Source of the DNA: Candidatus Bathyarchaeota archaeon
GTDB lineage: Archaea; Thermoproteota; Bathyarchaeia; Bathyarchaeales; Bathycorpusculaceae
NCBI GenBank assembly: GCA_963780185.1
Contig: CAWABA010000011.1
Span: 98,779-162,778 of the forward strand
Direction of reading: 5' to 3'
Length of the DNA stretch: 64,000 nucleotides
The notes beneath the pieces were generated by a model, which was not told the origin of the DNA, did not search any database, and was given only the letters and a program-made list of their open reading frames with translations. The position numbers were made by a program, and so were the translations under genes. Shown here piece by piece: positions 49,591 through 59,607 of the stretch; the first letter of the stretch is position 1, and each line of letters begins with the position of its first letter.

Positions 49591-50723
49591 AGTTGCCAAC
49601 CGAAAAACAATCTGTAAAGCCTGTGTTCAAGTACCGTCGAGGCTTTTTGTCTTCCTAACACTCTGAAATAGTTTTTTCCAGCAGCTTCTATAAGGTCACC
49701 GATGTCGTAGCGGGGCAGCATAGTTGAAGAAACAATTAGCCGTCCCCACTCGCCCCTTTTTAGTTCATGAAGCATTTTTGTTCCTTTTTCGGTTTGAACT
49801 TCAAAGAGGTAGGCGTCATAATTCGGCGTTACGTAAGGCAAATCATCTAGTTGCTGGCCAAACACGCCTTCGGTCGCGGTGTACATTTCCACTATTGGCG
49901 CAGGTCCAAAGTACTTTCTGAGCATGGGGGCGTATTTGAATTGGATTTTTGGTACGCTAGTACAGAACAGGGCTCTGAACTTCCATGTGTCTCTAGGAAT
50001 TTTTCCATGGTGCTTCTTGACGTATCTGGCAAAGGCCATGATAACCGGCGTCACTCCCATAGTCGCCGTAACATTGCGGTCTAACGCTTTCTGGTAAGCT
50101 AACTCGAACCTTCTCTCCCAATCTGCTTTGCCTATTCCTGAGCCAAGTTTGTCAATTTCTTCTTGGCGTGGAAGCAAGCTAACCTGGTCAAACATCGGGT
50201 TGACTCTGGCGTAGGTTCCTGAACTGTATCCATACGTCTCTTCCTTGCCATCTGCCGTCATGGTGTGTACGCTGGATGGAAAATTGAGGTTTAAAATGTC
50301 CCCGGTGAAGACATCAAAGTTGTTTGTTCTTACCGCATTGTGCACCAGTGCTCTGGCTCCGCATGAAAATATCTGTTTCAAATGTGTCTTGGTGGCGGGT
50401 AAGACTTTGGAAGTTCCTGTTGAACCTCTTGTCATCACCCAGCATTCAGGCGGCTCCGAGAGGAAAGTTTGGTATTTTCCTTCTCTGACTTTGGATAAGT
50501 AAGGCAGCAGCTGTTTGTAGTTCGCTATTGGAAAACTTGATTGGTACTGTGGGATTCCGCTGATTTCAGCCGCTTTGAAAATGCTTCCATACTCGGTCTT
50601 GGCATACTCTTTTAGAAGCGTACGGAGGATTTTTTCTTGGGCTTCTTGGGGGTTTTTCAGCGATTCGTACCATGGACCGATTATTGTCTGAAGGAGACTG
50701 AGACCGCTTTCGTCAACTGACAT
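49587..50723 (-). CDS. GH3 (acyl-acid amido synthetase)-like adenylating enzyme, short form
   Basis: QEKILRTLL...TEYG, TRGSTGTSK, YTATEG.FG, LIVSS..LPRYDIGDLI...F.VLGR; ATG at 50723. Confidence 0.8.
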   Translation of the reverse strand: MSVDESGLSLLQTIIGPWYESLKNPQEAQEKILRTLLKEYAKTEYGSIFKAAEISGIPQYQSSFPIANYKQLLPYLSKVREGKYQTFLSEPPECWVMTRGSTGTSKVLPATKTHLKQIFSCGARALVHNAVRTNNFDVFTGDILNLNFPSSVHTMTADGKEETYGYSSGTYARVNPMFDQVSLLPRQEEIDKLGSGIGKADWERRFELAYQKALDRNVTATMGVTPVIMAFARYVKKHHGKIPRDTWKFRALFCTSVPKIQFKYAPMLRKYFGPAPIVEMYTATEGVFGQQLDDLPYVTPNYDAYLFEVQTEKGTKMLHELKRGEWGRLIVSSTMLPRYDIGDLIEAAGKNYFRVLGRQKASTVLEHRLYRLFFGWQL

Positions 50724-51074
50724 GTTCTGCGCCTTTACCCAGAATGTTTTAATCTCCTTATATTTTTGATTTTTGCAAGTTGGCAAATCGGAAAAATTTA
50801 CCGATTTAAAGTGGAGGATGCCTCTACTAGACGTTGTGTTTTTGGAAAGAAGGAAAAACAATCCATCATCATCTTCATTATCATCAACAACAATTGCATG
50901 GACCGCTTAAGCTCCCCAACTCTTTCTTTCTCGCAGCCTAAACCCCGACGGGTCGGCGAGAATCAAATAGTATATTAATTCTCGACAAATGCGCCCGTGG
51001 CTTTGTCTTTTTAGGGGGATGGTACCTTGCAGGTCTCAGCCCACAAAGGGCTAGCGATGAGTGGGTTAATTCGC

Positions 51075-51560
51075 TCATTGCTTGTCGTACTTTTCTACTT
51101 CGTTGTTTACGATGGTTAAGTCAACACATGCCTGCTTGAACATTTCTATTGTGTCAGCGTCGGCATGGTAGCGTTTTTCGCAAACCACCCGCTTTATGCC
51201 AGCGTTGATTATTATCATGGCGCAGGTTCGGCAAGGCGTCATTTTGCAGTAAAGGGTTGCTCCTTCAAGGGGTATCCCAAAACGTGCTGCTTGGATGATT
51301 GCGTTTTGCTCCGCGTGAAGTGTACGAACACAGTGTTGAGTTACGTTGTCGTTGCTGTCGAAGACTTTACGCATGTCATGTCCCACCTCGTCACAATGCG
51401 GCAAACCGGCAGGGGCACCAACATACCCCGTGGTCATAATCCTTTTATCTTTAACGATCACGCATCCGCTTCTTCCGCGGTCACATGTTGCGCGCCTCGC
51501 TACGGCTTCGCATAAGTCCAAGAAATATCTGTCCCAGTTAGGTCTCGAATTAGTTTCCAA
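51075..51560 (-). CDS. dCMP deaminase/ComEB-like zinc deaminase
   Basis: RATCDRGRSG, TTGYVG, LHAEQNA, TPCRTCA. Confidence 0.92.
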   Translation of the reverse strand: METNSRPNWDRYFLDLCEAVARRATCDRGRSGCVIVKDKRIMTTGYVGAPAGLPHCDEVGHDMRKVFDSNDNVTQHCVRTLHAEQNAIIQAARFGIPLEGATLYCKMTPCRTCAMIIINAGIKRVVCEKRYHADADTIEMFKQACVDLTIVNNEVEKYDKQ

Positions 51561-51634
51561 CGTGTTCAGCCTTCAACTGTTTTAGAGAAATATCTCTTCA
51601 TAACCAATTAATAAGTTATCTGACACTAAACCAT

Positions 51635-52930
51635 TTATTTTTGGTAGACGTGGATTTCTCTGCCAACTTTGTGCCGCTCGTCAACCTCAACTAGAGAAGC
51701 AAGACTCTCCAGCGCTTCTACCGCTTCCAGCTCCACCGGGAACATTTCTTTAGTAAAGGGTTGTACCCGTTTGAATCCGAGGCTCACGAGTTTCTCGCCA
51801 ATTGGCATAGTCACCGGTTGCCCCGAACGGGAGATGATGTAGGGCGTTACGAGCACTAATCTTCCATCCTTTCTGAGCACCCTATAGGCTTCTTCAGCAA
51901 AACCAAAAAACAATGGTTCAAGTTTCTCAACGATTTTAAGCGCGTAGGGTCCCGTAGGCACCTGACGCAGCGCTGGACCCAAATCTGGTTCGGTAACAAC
52001 GCAGTCAACCATTTCCCAACCGATTTTTTGTGTTAGTTTGCTAACGTCACTTTGCACGACCCTAAAATCAGCACCTTCCAGATTGTACTCTCTTGTGAGC
52101 CACTCGAGATTTTCGGTAGCCGCCTTTACACACCAAGAATTAGCATCAACCCCTACGACCTTAGCCCTCGTCAATAACGCTTCCTGAAGAATTGTGCCCA
52201 CGCCGCAGAACGGGTCAAGCAAGACTTTTTCAGGCGTGCAATCTGATAAATTGACCATTATTCGGGCGAGTCTAGGCGGCATTGCGAAGATTGTTCTTTG
52301 GTTAGGCTTGTAAATATCTCTTTTTTGGAATTCGAATGGGTTATGAACGCCAACAGTTGTTCCCACCCAAGTTTGCTGCTTGCCCATGCACAGTAACACT
52401 TCTGATTGGTTTTCAACCAGCTTCTTTTTTATCACTTCAACATGGCTTAGCTGCGGTAGCCCTCTGTCCTTCGAGAAACCCATGAACTTTGATTTCTTTC
52501 CGTAACCAGCCAGCTCATCCTTAACAGTGCTTCCGACAAACCTTTGGATAACCCCAGACATGGCGCGTAGGCTGCTGTCAGAAGTGTAGACGCTCACGCC
52601 AAAAAAAACCTTATTAGAAGACTTAGCCATCCCGTCTACTAAACCGCTTGAATCCAATGCAGCGGCTATCTGTGACTGGGATTGCTTGTTTTTTTCAAGA
52701 AACGCTTGCCTTACAATCTGGGTTGGAAACTCTGTTTTGGCTTCGCCGATTTTTATGGTTCCCCCCAAATCTTCTATGGATAGGCTGGCATCTTGTTTTA
52801 AGTCAATTGCAAAAAATTCTTTAGAAAAAAAATTTACACTAAACTTTACTTCTTTCGCGTTCAAATAGGCGGTAACCTCCGCTAGCGAAAGTTTCCAGTT
52901 TTTTCCCGAAATGAATAGTTTTGTTGGCAT
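51635..52930 (-). CDS. Trm11/TrmG10-like tRNA methyltransferase
   Basis: MPPRLARIMVNL, LLDPFCGVGTILQEA, VVTEPDLG. Confidence 0.75.
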   Translation of the reverse strand: MPTKLFISGKNWKLSLAEVTAYLNAKEVKFSVNFFSKEFFAIDLKQDASLSIEDLGGTIKIGEAKTEFPTQIVRQAFLEKNKQSQSQIAAALDSSGLVDGMAKSSNKVFFGVSVYTSDSSLRAMSGVIQRFVGSTVKDELAGYGKKSKFMGFSKDRGLPQLSHVEVIKKKLVENQSEVLLCMGKQQTWVGTTVGVHNPFEFQKRDIYKPNQRTIFAMPPRLARIMVNLSDCTPEKVLLDPFCGVGTILQEALLTRAKVVGVDANSWCVKAATENLEWLTREYNLEGADFRVVQSDVSKLTQKIGWEMVDCVVTEPDLGPALRQVPTGPYALKIVEKLEPLFFGFAEEAYRVLRKDGRLVLVTPYIISRSGQPVTMPIGEKLVSLGFKRVQPFTKEMFPVELEAVEALESLASLVEVDERHKVGREIHVYQK

Positions 52931-53096
52931 CTGTGAATGAAAAAGTCAATTAACTATATAAGAAATCGCGCGCTTTTCAACCAGAATGCATTTCGAATGT
53001 AAATGATTACATATCAAAAATTAACGGAATTGTTAAGCTCGGACTTGCAAATCGTTTAAATACCGCTGGATGAGTTAGCTAAAAAGGGATATTTGC

Positions 53097-53654
53097 ATGC
53101 ATGCGCGAAATTATAGGCACGTGAAGAACCGAGCGTATACACGGAAAGAATACGCTAGAGGGTTTCCGCCTCCAAAAATAGTAAAATTCACAATGGGCGA
53201 TACTAAGGCAACTTTTGAAATTCAGGGCCAGCTTATCGCCACCGAACGCGCTCAGATCCGCCATAGTGCATTGGAAGCCGCGCGTGTAGCTACAAACCGC
53301 GTCTTAATCGACAAACTCATAAATGATTACCTCATGGTTGTTCACCCGTACCCTCACATAATCCTGAGAGAAAACAAGATGATTTTCGGCGCTCACGCTG
53401 ACCGACTCCAGCAGGGAATGAGACGTTCATTCGGAACAGCAATTGGCACCGCGGCAAAGGTAGAAGTGGGTCAACCCATCATCACCGTTAAGGTAAAAGC
53501 AGGAGCAGCTGAAACAGCTAAAGAATCCCTTAAAAGAGGCAGCGCAAAACTTCCTATCCCTTGCAAGATAGTAATCTCCAAGATTGAAGCTTCTCCAGAC
53601 GTAACAGAGTCAGACGTAGCTGAGAAGGAACAACCGGAGACGGAGACTACTTGA
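53097..53654 (+). CDS. rpl10e: 50S ribosomal protein L10e (uL16)
   Basis: QIRHSALEAARV, YPHIILRENK, ADRLQQGMRRSFG. Confidence 0.95.
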   Translation: MHARNYRHVKNRAYTRKEYARGFPPPKIVKFTMGDTKATFEIQGQLIATERAQIRHSALEAARVATNRVLIDKLINDYLMVVHPYPHIILRENKMIFGAHADRLQQGMRRSFGTAIGTAAKVEVGQPIITVKVKAGAAETAKESLKRGSAKLPIPCKIVISKIEASPDVTESDVAEKEQPETETT

Positions 53655-56086
53655 GCGCAAAAGGGAAAGAACTGGTTTTATGGTTTAACGAAGTAAGAAA
53701 TACTGATGTTCATCTTGTCGGCGGCAAAAACGCCAGCCTCGGCGAAATGATCAACGCAGGATTGCCTGTTCCTCCCGGTTTTGCAGTAACAGCTTATTCT
53801 TATGAAAAGTATATTCAAGAAAAAAACATAGCTGAGAACATTTATAAAATAATAAATGAAACCGTAACGAACCCAAATGACCCTAAGCAGTACGATGTGG
53901 CTTCCAAAAAAATACGTGAACTTATCGAAAAAACTCCGATGCCTAAAGACATCGAAACCGCAATAAGATCGGCATACAAAGAATTGAACCAGCGGCTTGA
54001 ATTGAAGGATACTTTTGTTGCAGTGCGGTCGAGCGCTACTGCGGAAGATTTGCCTGACGCGTCCTTTGCAGGTCAGCAGGAAACCTACTTGAACGTTAAA
54101 GGCGCCGATGAACTTATAGGCAGAGTAGTGAAGTGCTGGTCAAGTCTGTTTACGCCCAGAGCAATCTTTTACCGAAACGAAAAAGGCTTTCCACACGAGA
54201 AAGTTTTCATAAGCGTCGGGGTTCAAAAAATGGTCAACTCCGGCTGCGCTGGCGTCATGTTTACTATAAACCCTGTGACTGGAAATCAAGATGAAATCGT
54301 TATCGAAGGCAACTATGGTTTAGGAGAAACCGTGGTTTCAGGCGTAGTTAACCCTGATGACTTTGTCATCGACAAGGCTTCTGTTTCCATTAAGGAAAGA
54401 AGAATTTCACGTAAAACAGTAGAGTACATCCGTGACCCTAAAACAGGAAAAACGGTTCATTTGGATGTTCCTGACGATAAGCAGAAAGTAACTTGTATCA
54501 GTGACACAGAGATTTTGGCCCTTGCTGCACTTGCTAACCGCATTGAGAAACATTATGGAAAACCTATGGATATCGAATGGGCAATTGACCAAGACCTTCC
54601 ATATCCAGAGAACATGTTCATAGTTCAAGCTCGCCCAGAAACTGTTTGGAGCTCAAAACAAATGGATACACCCATAAAAAGTGACGACCACAGAGCTGGA
54701 GAAGAACTAAAGGTAGTAGTGAGAGGTATTTCAGCTGGAAGAAGAGGCTACGGGGCAGGCAAAGCGACTGTTGTCCTAAACCCTGATGATGCAAATCGAG
54801 ACATGCGTAAAGGAGACGTTCTCGTTACAGGCATGACTGACCCTGATTTTGTCCCCTTCATGAAAATGGCAAGCGCAATCGTTACAGACAAAGGCGGAAT
54901 TACATCCCACGCTGCAATCGTCAGCCGTGAACTCAACATTCCATGTGTGGTTGGAACTGAAACAGCTACACAAGTAATGAAGACAGGTCAAGAATATACT
55001 GTTGATTCAAGAAACGGCATCATCTACGAAGGCATTTTAGCGCAAGCTGTTCAACCAGCCGCAACAGCAACAAACGGATCCACCGTCTTTATGCAAGCAG
55101 AAGCCGCTCCTGTAACTGCTACAAAAATTTACATGAATCTCGGAACTCCTGAGATGATTGAACAATACAAGAATCTGCCGTTTGAGGGCATTGGGTTAAT
55201 GCGTACAGAATTCATCTTAGCCAGCGCCATAGGCAAGCACCCGATGGCGTTTGTTGATGAAGGTCAAAGCCTACAGTTCGTTGATAAACTCGCAGAGGGG
55301 ATAGCTACTGTGGCTCGAACAATTCAGCCTAAACCTGTTGTTGTTCGATTTAGCGATTTCAAAACAAACGAGTACAGAGGCTTGAAAGGCGGAGATAAAT
55401 ACGAAATAGTTGAAGAAAACCCGATGCTTGGCTGGAGAGGATGCAGTCGCTACATAAGCAAATGGTACATTCAAGCCTTCCGTCTCGAATGCCAAGCCAT
55501 CAAGAAATGCCGCACGGAATGGGGGCTCAAAAACGTCTACGTTATGCTTCCGATGGTTCGTACGCTTTGGGAAGCCAAAAAAGTCATTGAAATAATGAAG
55601 GAAGAAGGCTTAGAACGCTCAAAGGACTTCAAGGTTTGGTTTATGGCGGAGACACCGTCAATCGCAATAATGGCTGATGAATTCTCGAAGTTAGTTGACG
55701 GCTTCTCCATCGGCTCAAACGACATGACTCAGGGCATACTGATGATTGACCGTGACTCCGAACGCCTAGGGCAAATGGGTTACTTCGACGAAAGAGACCC
55801 AGCCGTAAAAAGAATACTTGCCCACCTAATCAAAGTCGCCCATGAAAACGGCTGCACAGTCTCAATCTGCGGCGAAGGACCCTCCAACCTCCCAGACTTC
55901 GCAGAATTCCTCGTCCGAGCAGGAATCGACAGCCTATCCGTAAACAACGACGCAGTCATAGCCACAAGAAAACACGTTGCAAGCGTAGAACAAAGAATTA
56001 TTCTCGAACGACTCGCGGAGCAAGCAGCCTTAGCCCGTGGACAACCACTTAAGAAGCCAGTGCAAGACTGGGAATGGCCCCGCTGA
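53651..56086 (+). CDS. ppsA: Phosphoenolpyruvate synthase
   Basis: VGGKNASLGEM, AVRSSATAED, DIEWA, phospho-His GGITSHAAI, EENPMLGWRG, FSIGSNDMTQ. Confidence 0.96.
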   Translation: MSAKGKELVLWFNEVRNTDVHLVGGKNASLGEMINAGLPVPPGFAVTAYSYEKYIQEKNIAENIYKIINETVTNPNDPKQYDVASKKIRELIEKTPMPKDIETAIRSAYKELNQRLELKDTFVAVRSSATAEDLPDASFAGQQETYLNVKGADELIGRVVKCWSSLFTPRAIFYRNEKGFPHEKVFISVGVQKMVNSGCAGVMFTINPVTGNQDEIVIEGNYGLGETVVSGVVNPDDFVIDKASVSIKERRISRKTVEYIRDPKTGKTVHLDVPDDKQKVTCISDTEILALAALANRIEKHYGKPMDIEWAIDQDLPYPENMFIVQARPETVWSSKQMDTPIKSDDHRAGEELKVVVRGISAGRRGYGAGKATVVLNPDDANRDMRKGDVLVTGMTDPDFVPFMKMASAIVTDKGGITSHAAIVSRELNIPCVVGTETATQVMKTGQEYTVDSRNGIIYEGILAQAVQPAATATNGSTVFMQAEAAPVTATKIYMNLGTPEMIEQYKNLPFEGIGLMRTEFILASAIGKHPMAFVDEGQSLQFVDKLAEGIATVARTIQPKPVVVRFSDFKTNEYRGLKGGDKYEIVEENPMLGWRGCSRYISKWYIQAFRLECQAIKKCRTEWGLKNVYVMLPMVRTLWEAKKVIEIMKEEGLERSKDFKVWFMAETPSIAIMADEFSKLVDGFSIGSNDMTQGILMIDRDSERLGQMGYFDERDPAVKRILAHLIKVAHENGCTVSICGEGPSNLPDFAEFLVRAGIDSLSVNNDAVIATRKHVASVEQRIILERLAEQAALARGQPLKKPVQDWEWPR

Positions 56087-56158
56087 TACGGTTCAAAAAA
56101 GTTCGGGCTACTTCGTCTTTTTTTGCTTTTCTTCTTTTGTCAGTGGCTGGACTAAACT

Positions 56159-57160
56159 ATGAAGGGTTTTGATTTCGAGGAAGAACGGTTAAAGCAGGAG
56201 ATAGCTAAGCTTGGAGCCAAGCGGGTTCTGCTTCAGCTACCTGAAGGATTAAAACCCCAAGCTCCGCGTCTGGCTGAAATTGTAGAGAAGGGGGGTGCCA
56301 TAGCCATAATTTCTGCTGACCCATGCTATGGCGCATGCGACATAGCTGCTGAAGAAGCGGAAAGTTTGGGTGTCGATTTGGTTGTGCATTTTGGGCACTC
56401 AAAATTTCTCAAACATGAGCGTGTTCCAACTATTTACATCGAGGTAAGGTCAAACGTACCTGTTGATGGGGCTGTGGAGCAGGCTTTGCCGCTTTTAGGC
56501 AAGTACGTTAAAATCGGTTTAGCCACTTCCGTGCAGCATTTGCACACGGTAACCAAAGCAAAAGAAATCTTGGCTAAGGCTGGAAAAACCGTGGTTGTCG
56601 GTGACAGCGGTCAACTAAGCTATCCTGGTCAAGTCCTCGGCTGCAACTACAACAACGTGAAATCAATAGCAGATGAAGTGGACGCTTTCCTGTTCATCGG
56701 CGGCGGCTTGTTCCACGCATTGGGCGTCGCTTTGAACACTTCCAAGCCAACCGTCGTTGCTGACCCATACGATAACAGGGCTTTCTCAATTGACGAAGAA
56801 GCCCAAAAAATCATCAAGCAACGCTGGGCAAGCATTGAAGAAGCGCGGAACGCAAAAAACTTCGGCGTTCTCATCGGCTTAAAACCTGGGCAAAAAAAGA
56901 TTGACCAAGCCTTAAAAATCAAGGATTTGGCGCAGAAACACGGAAACGCCGCCTATCTGTTGGCTGCAAAAGAAATTACTCCTGAAACATTCATGGAATT
57001 TCCATCCATCGACGCATATGTCAACACGGCATGCCCAAGAATCAGCCTTGACGCTCCAGGCAAGTTTTCAAAGCCTGTGTTAACCGTTAACGAGTTTATG
57101 GTGGTTGTTGGCGAATCTTCATGGGAGAAAATGCTCAAAAAAGGATTATTCGAAAGCTAG
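56159..57160 (+). CDS. dph2: Diphthamide biosynthesis enzyme Dph2
   Basis: QLPEGLK, CYGACD, HFGHS, GQVLGCN, TACPRI. Confidence 0.95.
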   Translation: MKGFDFEEERLKQEIAKLGAKRVLLQLPEGLKPQAPRLAEIVEKGGAIAIISADPCYGACDIAAEEAESLGVDLVVHFGHSKFLKHERVPTIYIEVRSNVPVDGAVEQALPLLGKYVKIGLATSVQHLHTVTKAKEILAKAGKTVVVGDSGQLSYPGQVLGCNYNNVKSIADEVDAFLFIGGGLFHALGVALNTSKPTVVADPYDNRAFSIDEEAQKIIKQRWASIEEARNAKNFGVLIGLKPGQKKIDQALKIKDLAQKHGNAAYLLAAKEITPETFMEFPSIDAYVNTACPRISLDAPGKFSKPVLTVNEFMVVVGESSWEKMLKKGLFES

Positions 57161-57822
57161 ATTTAGAGCGGTTTCTCACAAAAATTGCCCCTCAACCCAG
57201 CCCGCAAGCCCGCCTTGAACAATATACCATTACTGAGCCTGTTGCTTCAACTATGCTTTACCTCGCTGCCTATGCGAACAGCGATGTCGTTGGGAAATCT
57301 GTTTTGGATTTAGGCTGCGGAACAGGCAGACTTTCCTTAGGAGCGGCGTACCTTGGGGCTCAAACGGTCGTCGGCGTCGACATCGATAGACGGGCCATTG
57401 AAACAGCAAACGAAAACGCGCAGAAACTTTGCTTAAGAGAGAAAGTTCAATGGGTCATCGGCGACATCCAGTCAGTCGCAGGACACTTTGATACGGTTTT
57501 GCAGAATCCGCCTTTCGGAGTGCAAACCCGCGAGGCTGACAGGGCATTCTTAGTCAAAGCTTTAGAATCGGGAAACTCCGTTTACTCACTGCATAACCAC
57601 CCGGAAATTGACGATCGACTCATTCGGCAGCTTAAGTCAAGCGGCGGGTTCTTGCAGGTTGAGCCTTCTCCCTTTTTGGAGCGGTTTGTTGCCAAACATG
57701 ACGGCTCAGTTAAGGCTGTTTACGCGATGCTTATGACGATTCCTAAGCTTTTTGATTTCCACACGAAGCTCAAACACGATTTTGTCGTTGACTTATACGT
57801 GATTGAAGCGTCTAAACCCTAA
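57121..57822 (+). CDS. METTL5-family RNA methyltransferase
   Basis: LEQYT, LDLGCGTGRL, QNPPFG, VYSLH; start uncertain (overlaps dph2). Confidence 0.88.
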   Translation: MGENAQKRIIRKLDLERFLTKIAPQPSPQARLEQYTITEPVASTMLYLAAYANSDVVGKSVLDLGCGTGRLSLGAAYLGAQTVVGVDIDRRAIETANENAQKLCLREKVQWVIGDIQSVAGHFDTVLQNPPFGVQTREADRAFLVKALESGNSVYSLHNHPEIDDRLIRQLKSSGGFLQVEPSPFLERFVAKHDGSVKAVYAMLMTIPKLFDFHTKLKHDFVVDLYVIEASKP

Positions 57823-57966
57823 CAAATTTCTTTGGCTTTCGTCTGGAATTTACGTGGTATATTAATCAAAAGGTTTATTGATAAGATTGGAAACTAAGCA
57901 TATGCATTTATCAAATAAGAATGCTTTAGCTTATTTAAGAGTAATAAAGAGTAAAAGGGAAACTGT

Positions 57967-58548
57967 ATGAGTCTAAAGTCACCTCAACAAAAAAGCGGTC
58001 ATTTAGTTGTGCCTGGCGAACGCTTAGGCGTTATTGAAGAGTTCGTTCCAGACTCGGGAACATACGTTAAAGACGGCGTCATCTTCTCCAAAATCGTGGG
58101 ACGCTCACTGGTTGATTTGCAGAGCCGACGCGTCTCCGTCTACCCAGCTGTTGAAGGCGCAGTTTACCCGAAAGTTTCGGGCACGGTCTTGGGGCAAGTG
58201 GGAAACGCACAATCTGACAACGTTTTGGTAAAGATTTTCAAGGTGGGGAACAAAAAGATTTCAGGCGAGTTCGGCGGGATCCTTCACATTTCTGATGTTT
58301 CCGACAGATACGTTACTTCGATGAATGACGTTTGCAAGCCCGGAGACATCGTCAGGGCTAAGGTAATCAGCGAAAAAAACCGCGTCTTCCACCTAACAAC
58401 CAACGACAAAAACTTAGGCATCGTTGACGCTTTCTGCTCCAGATGCGGCAACTTGTTGGAGCCAGACCGATATGAACTGCGTTGTCCAAAATGCGGCAAC
58501 ATCGAAAAACGTAAGTTGGCTCCTGACTACGGAAAGGAACCGCTATAG
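57967..58548 (+). CDS. csl4: Exosome RNA-binding subunit Csl4
   Basis: VVPGERLG, S1 domain with PGDIVRAKV, zinc ribbon CSRCG...CPKCG..EKRK. Confidence 0.93.
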   Translation: MSLKSPQQKSGHLVVPGERLGVIEEFVPDSGTYVKDGVIFSKIVGRSLVDLQSRRVSVYPAVEGAVYPKVSGTVLGQVGNAQSDNVLVKIFKVGNKKISGEFGGILHISDVSDRYVTSMNDVCKPGDIVRAKVISEKNRVFHLTTNDKNLGIVDAFCSRCGNLLEPDRYELRCPKCGNIEKRKLAPDYGKEPL

Positions 58549-58557
58549 CGAGGTTGA

Positions 58558-58845
58558 GTGGGTTTGAAAATTAACGTCGTGAAGAAATCTGGCAACGAGC
58601 TGAAAATAGAAATCGTCGGCGGAAGCCACGGAATTTGCAACTTGTTAACCAAGCGGCTCCTAGAAGATAAGACGGTGGAGTTTGCAGGCTACGATTTGCC
58701 GCATCCTTTAGCGTCAAGTCCCAACATCTACATCAGGATGAAGGGCAAAACTAAGGCTGAAGATGCGTTGCTTAAAGCGGTTGAGAAAGTCCGCGATACA
58801 AATGACGCCTTTAGCAAAGAGTTAGACCGCGTTCTGAAAGCCTAG
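58558..58845 (+). CDS. rpoL: RNA polymerase subunit L (Rpo11)
   Basis: SHGICNLL, VEFAGYDLPHPL. Confidence 0.92.
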   Translation: MGLKINVVKKSGNELKIEIVGGSHGICNLLTKRLLEDKTVEFAGYDLPHPLASSPNIYIRMKGKTKAEDALLKAVEKVRDTNDAFSKELDRVLKA

Positions 58846-58872
58846 TTGGCTTTATCTTAATCCTTTTTAACT

Positions 58873-59526
58873 TTGTTTTTGCCTATTCGGGTGCTTTTAG
58901 CTTTTAGTTTAAAAGCTGAAACTTGCTATTTGTTTTCGGGACCTGTTTTGGAGCCAAAGCAATTTCGAGTTTTAAAATCTGAAATCCGCGTTTTAGGCGT
59001 CGACGACGGCAAATTCGCACCGCGTACAATTGGCGAAGTGATTGTTGTGGGCGTTGTTTTCCGGGGAAGCGGCTCAATCGACGGTGTGATGCATACCCAC
59101 GTTGCAATTGACGGTTTCGACGCTACTGAAAAGCTGGCTTCCATGATTAACGGTTCGCGTCACCACAAACAGCTGCGCGTGGTAATGTTGAATGGGATAA
59201 CGTTTGGTGGATTTAACGTTGTGGATATTAAGAGGCTTAATTTGGCAACCGGGGTTCCCGTCATCGCGTTGACTTCTGAAAAGCCCGATTTAGAAGCCGT
59301 CCGCAAAGCGCTAAGTAACTTGCCTAAAAGCGGGGAACGGTGGAAAATGGTTCTTGAGGCGGGGGAAATCCATGAAGTAACTTGCAAGGGCAAGAAGCTC
59401 TACATGGAGCTCGCGGGTATCTCCGTGTCCGACGCGCAGGAAATCGTGGAGTTGACTGCTGCTAGAAGCTGTTTGCCTGAGCCGCTTCGTGTTGCGCATC
59501 TTGTCGCCTCTGGTGTTAGTCTCTGA
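58873..59526 (+). CDS. DUF99 family (endonuclease V-like) protein
   Basis: RVLGVDDG, DGFDATE, GITFGGFNVVD, PEPLRVAHLVA; true start probably near 58948. Confidence 0.88.
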   Translation: MFLPIRVLLAFSLKAETCYLFSGPVLEPKQFRVLKSEIRVLGVDDGKFAPRTIGEVIVVGVVFRGSGSIDGVMHTHVAIDGFDATEKLASMINGSRHHKQLRVVMLNGITFGGFNVVDIKRLNLATGVPVIALTSEKPDLEAVRKALSNLPKSGERWKMVLEAGEIHEVTCKGKKLYMELAGISVSDAQEIVELTAARSCLPEPLRVAHLVASGVSL

Positions 59527-59607
59527 TTTCGCGTGATTTAGAAAAGGTTTAAAAGGTACAGTGCTAAGGGAATCAAAAACGGACACGAATATTGGAGTTC
59601 GGGAAAT

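Noticed and set aside
50860-50895. (ATC/AAC)n low-complexity tract giving His-rich or Asp-rich peptides
   Set aside because: Short imperfect trinucleotide run in intergenic DNA; only tiny ORFs without a convincing start or SD.
50991-51081. tRNA gene beginning GCGCCCGTGG
   Set aside because: No D-loop, T-loop (TTCRA) or matching acceptor stem.
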